From Mustelus asterias (taxonomy: Eukaryota), in the NCBI RefSeq assembly GCF_964213995.1, contig NC_135808.1, positions 4,216,001 to 4,280,000 on the forward strand: 64,000 bases of DNA. The letters are read 5' to 3'. The translations under genes were made by a program, and so were the position numbers. Shown here one piece after another: positions 59,975 through 64,000 of the stretch; position 1 is the stretch's first letter; each line of letters starts with the position of its first letter. The notes beneath the pieces are model-generated. The model did no database searches and had not been told where the DNA came from. It was given only the letters and a program-made list of their open reading frames with translations.

Positions 59975-62600
59975 CCTCTGGTCCTCTGTACTTCCAAGTG
60001 GCCTGTCGTTCATTGTATATTCCCTTACCTTGTTACTCCCCCCAAAATGCATCACCTCACACTTTTCAGGGTACAATTCCATTTTCCACTGTTCTGCCCG
60101 TCTAACCAGCCCACCTATATCGTCCTGTAATCTAAGGCTTTCCTCCTCACTATTTACTTTGTGTCAGCTGCAAATTTACTGATCAAGCCTCCCACATTCT
60201 CCTCTCAGTCATTAATATACACTACAAACAGCAAGAGAGCCAGCACCGATCGCTGTGGAACACCACTGGACACAGGCTCCCAGGCAGCAGGACAACCTTC
60301 GGCCCTCGCCCTCTGCCTCCTGCCACTGAGCCAATTTTGGATCCAATTTGCCAAATTCCCCTGGATCCCATGGGCTCTCACCTTCTTCATCAGCCTCCCA
60401 GGTGGGACCTTGTCAGAATCCTTACTGAAGTCCATGTAGACTACATCAACTGCACTACCCTCACCTACACACCTCCTCAAAAAATTCAATCAAATATGTT
60501 AGATATGATCTCCCCCTGACAAAGCCATGCTGACTATTCTCGATCAATCCTTTTCTCTCCAAGTGCAGATTAATTCTATCCCTCAGAATTTTTTCCAATA
60601 GTTTCCCCACTACTGAAGTTAGACTCACTGGCCGGTAATTTCCTAGTTTTTACCTACTTCCCTTTGTGAATAATGGTCCCACATTAGCTGCCCTCCAGTC
60701 CTCTGGCACCTCTCCTGTGGCCGGATGGGATTTGAAAATTGGGGTCGGAGCCGCTGCAATCCCCTACCTTGTGTCACACATCAGCCTGGGATATATCTCA
60801 TCTGGGCCTGGGGATTTATCCACTTTTACACCCGCTAACACCTCCTCCCTGTCAATGCTATGTGAATTATATCACACTCCCTGATTTCTCGACCCACATC
60901 ATCCTTCTCCATTGTGAACACAGATGGAAAGTATTCATTTAAAGCCTTACCTATGTTTTCTGGCTCGACATACAGACTGCCACTCAGATCCCTGATGGAC
61001 CTTATTCTACCCCTGGCCATCCTCCTGCTCTTATTATACTTATAAAACACTTTGGGATTTTCCTTTATTTTGCCCACCAGTCTTTTAAGTCCCCCCCCCA
61101 CCCCCCTCTTCATTTTCTATACTCCTCCAGGGCTTCCTAAGTTTGAGCTCCCTGAACCCACCACAAGCTTCCCTTTTCTTTCCTCATCCAACCCTGGATA
61201 TCCCTTGACATGATGTGGAGATGCCGGCGTTGGACTGGGGTAAACACAGTAAGAGTTTTAACAACACCAGGTTAAAGTCCAACAGGTTTATTTGGTAGCA
61301 AATACCATAAGCTTTCGGAGCGCTGCTCCTTTGTCAGATGGAGTGGAAATGTGCTCTCAAACAGTGCACAGAGACACAGAAATCAAGTTACAGAATACTG
61401 ATTAGAATGCGAATCCCTACAGCCACCCAGATCTTAAAGATACAGTCAATGTGGGTGGAGGGAGCATTAAGCACAGGTTAAAGAGATGTGTATTGTCTCC
61501 AGACAGGATAGCCTGCCTCTGTGCCCTGTATGAGAGCACATTTCCACTCCATCTGACGAAGGAGCAGCGCTCCGAAAGCTAATGGCATTTGCTACCAAAT
61601 AAACCTGTTGGTCTTTAACCTGGTGTTGTTAAAACTCTTACTGTGTTTATCCCTTGACACAGTCAGAAGTCTCACAACACCAGGTTAAAGTCCAACAGGT
61701 TTATTTGGTAGCAAATACCATAAGCTTTCGGAGCGCTGCTCCTTCGTCAGATGGAGTGGAAATGTGCTCTCAAACAGTGCACAGCGACGCAACATCAAGT
61801 TACAGAATACTGATTAGAATGCGAATCCCTAAAGCCAGCCAGGTCTGACGAAGGAGCAGCGCTCCGAAAGCTTATGGTATTTGCTACCAAATAAACCTGT
61901 TGGACTTTAACCTGGTGTTGTGAGACTTCTTACTGTGTTCACCCCAGTCCAACGCCGGCATCTCCACATCATGACTATCCCTTGACATCCAGGGTTCTCT
62001 GGACTTGTTGCTCCCCCTCTTCACTTTCATGGGGAACATGTGGCCCTGTACTCTCTCTATTTTCTTTTTGAATGAATCCCACTGCTCTGATATATATTTT
62101 CCTACAAGTATCTGCTCCCAGTTAACTTTGGCCAGATCCTATCTTATCCTATTCAAATCAGCCTTCCCCCAATTCAGAAAACCTTATTTCTGGTATACTT
62201 TTGTTCTTTCCCATAACTACCCGAAATCTTACCGAGTTGTGGTCACTGCTACTGAAATGTTCCCCACTGACACCTCTACCACCTGCCCACATTCATTCCC
62301 TAAAATAAGGTTCAGCACCGCCCACTCTCTTGAAGGCTCAAAAAGCTCTCTGGACGCATTTTAAGAATTCTGCCCCCTCTAAGCCTTTCACACTTTGACT
62401 GTCCCAAAAAATATTGGGGGAGTTGAAATCCCTGATTATTATTACCCTATTATCCGAACAATTCTCAGAGATTTGCCCACATATCTACTCTTCTATCCCT
62501 CCCTGACTGTTTGGAGGTCTATAATACACTGCCAGCAATGTGACTGCCCCCGTTATGTTTCTAGGTTCTACCCATAAGGCCTCATTTGAGGAGCTTGCTA
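59975..62600 (-). mobile_element. Old decayed CR1 LINE interrupted by Penelope insertions
   Basis: VDVVYMDFSKDSDKVP, KENPKVFYKY and ALNEYFPSVFT fragments. Confidence 0.85.
61209..61975. mobile_element. Two adjacent Penelope-like insertions, each made of inverted pLTRs, with four hammerhead motifs
   Basis: pLTR -,+,-,+; hammerhead cores at about 61305-61341 (-), 61549-61585 (+), 61717-61753 (-) and 61845-61877 (+); TATCCCTTGACA occurs three times. Confidence 0.85.
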
Positions 62601-63284
62601 AAATAATCACTCCTTGATCAATGTTCCAGATTGTTTAGTTTTCACTTTGTAACAATCTCTAAGCTCAATAAAAGCCCAGTTTTAACTGAAACCAAATCCC
62701 TCCCCATGCAAACACCTTTGTCTAACACGATAGGTTTACCCTTCCACACTGCACTGAATTAAACCCACTTAAACTGTACTGTGTTTCCAATAGTTAAATA
62801 CAAATATAGAACCCTTCAAACTACATCTGTTTTCCTGCCTTCTCCAGGCAGTACTGGGAATGCTTGTTAATCTACTCCGACTTTCACATTTAGGGTTGTG
62901 TGTGTTAGCGTATCCACCCAAGATTAATCAGACACTCTGTGTCCCCCGCACCCAGAGTTTATCAGACATCTGTGTGTGTGTGTGTCAGACACTGTCTCCC
63001 TCTATCAGACTGTAGCCTGGGTTCAGTGTGGCTCTTTCTGTATTTAGCCTGTTGGACTGTTTGATCTGAAGGTCATGGGTGTACAGAGAGTGCAAAGTCT
63101 CTCAACAGCTTCTTAGAGCCAGTTAGAGGAAGCTAAAGCAACAGGAACTAGTGCAGTGAGGGTGGGTGTGGCTCCTGTGTGTGGTGTGACCATTTTACAG
63201 GGAAGTCTTTTGAGAGAATGTACAGCCCAGAATATTCTGGATCACTCAAAGGGTATTCACACTCAGAATTCAACAATTCTTAAG

Positions 63285-64000
63285 CCCCTGTAAATACTGT
63301 CACACTCCCCAGGAACCCGCTGTAAATACTGACACACTCCCCAAGGACCCCCTGTAAATACTGACACACTCCCCAGGGACCCCCTGTAAATACTGACACA
63401 CTCCCCAGGGACCCCCTGTAAATACTGACACACTCCCCAGGGACCCCCTGTAAATACTGACACACTCCCCAGGGACCCCCTGTAAATACTGACACACTCC
63501 CCAGGGACCCCCTGTAAATACTGACACACTCCCCAGAGACCCCCTGTAAATACTGACACACGACCCAGAGACCCCCTGTAAATACTGACACACTCCCCAG
63601 GGACCCCCTGTAAATACTGACACACTCCCCAAGGACCCGCTGTAAATACTGACACACTCCCCAGGGACCCCCTGTAAATACTGACACACTCCCCAGGGAC
63701 CCCCTGTAAATACTGACACACTCCCCAGGGACCCCCTGTAAATACTGACACACTCCCCAGGGAACCACTGCAAATACTGTCACACTCCCCAGGGAACCCC
63801 TGTAAATACTGACGCACTTCCCAGGGGCCCCCTGTAAATACTGACACATTCCCTGGGGGACACCCTGTAAATACTGATCCATTCCCCTGGGACCCTCTGT
63901 AAATAGTAATACACTCCGTAAATAGTAACACACTCCACGGGGACCCCCTCTACATACAGACACACTTCAAGGGAACTCCCTGTAAATACAGATACACTCC
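63285..64000. repeat. 33-bp minisatellite (ccctgtaaatactgacacactccccagggaccc)
   Basis: Tandem units running to the window end. Confidence 0.95.

Noticed and set aside
62648-63199. Second solo LTR (TGTAACA...TTTTACA)
   Set aside because: No matching target-site duplication and boundaries are ambiguous.

Overview
Repeat-rich vertebrate genomic DNA, most likely from a shark (inferred from HE1/V-type SINEs, CR1 LINEs, Deu-domain SINE remnants and Penelope pLTRs). It holds two tandem, divergent butyrophilin-like (BTN) genes on the minus strand, which I rebuilt by hand from GT-AG, all-phase-1 exons. Gene A is complete: ATG 58740 to TAA 31576, signal peptide, IgV, IgC, TM, six 21/27-nt micro-exons and B30.2/PRY-SPRY, 1491 nt, 496 aa. 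Gene B (ATG 17265) has signal peptide, IgV, IgC, TM and three micro-exons, then runs off the left edge. An intron of gene B carries an apparently intact CR1 LINE (1-3820, +). Its ORF1/ORF2 junction has an in-frame U_UUA_AAC -1 slippery heptamer next to the ORF1 stop, followed by a G-tract. Introns and spacers are filled with about a dozen minisatellites, CR1/Rex1/Tx1-like fragments, SINEs and Penelope-like pLTRs carrying minimal hammerhead ribozymes. These include a double palindromic insertion with a triplicated target site, and a sense-oriented ribozyme plus poly(A) signal beside a candidate alternative exon that could give a B30.2-less BTN isoform. Most long ORFs in the supplied track are translations of tandem repeats.
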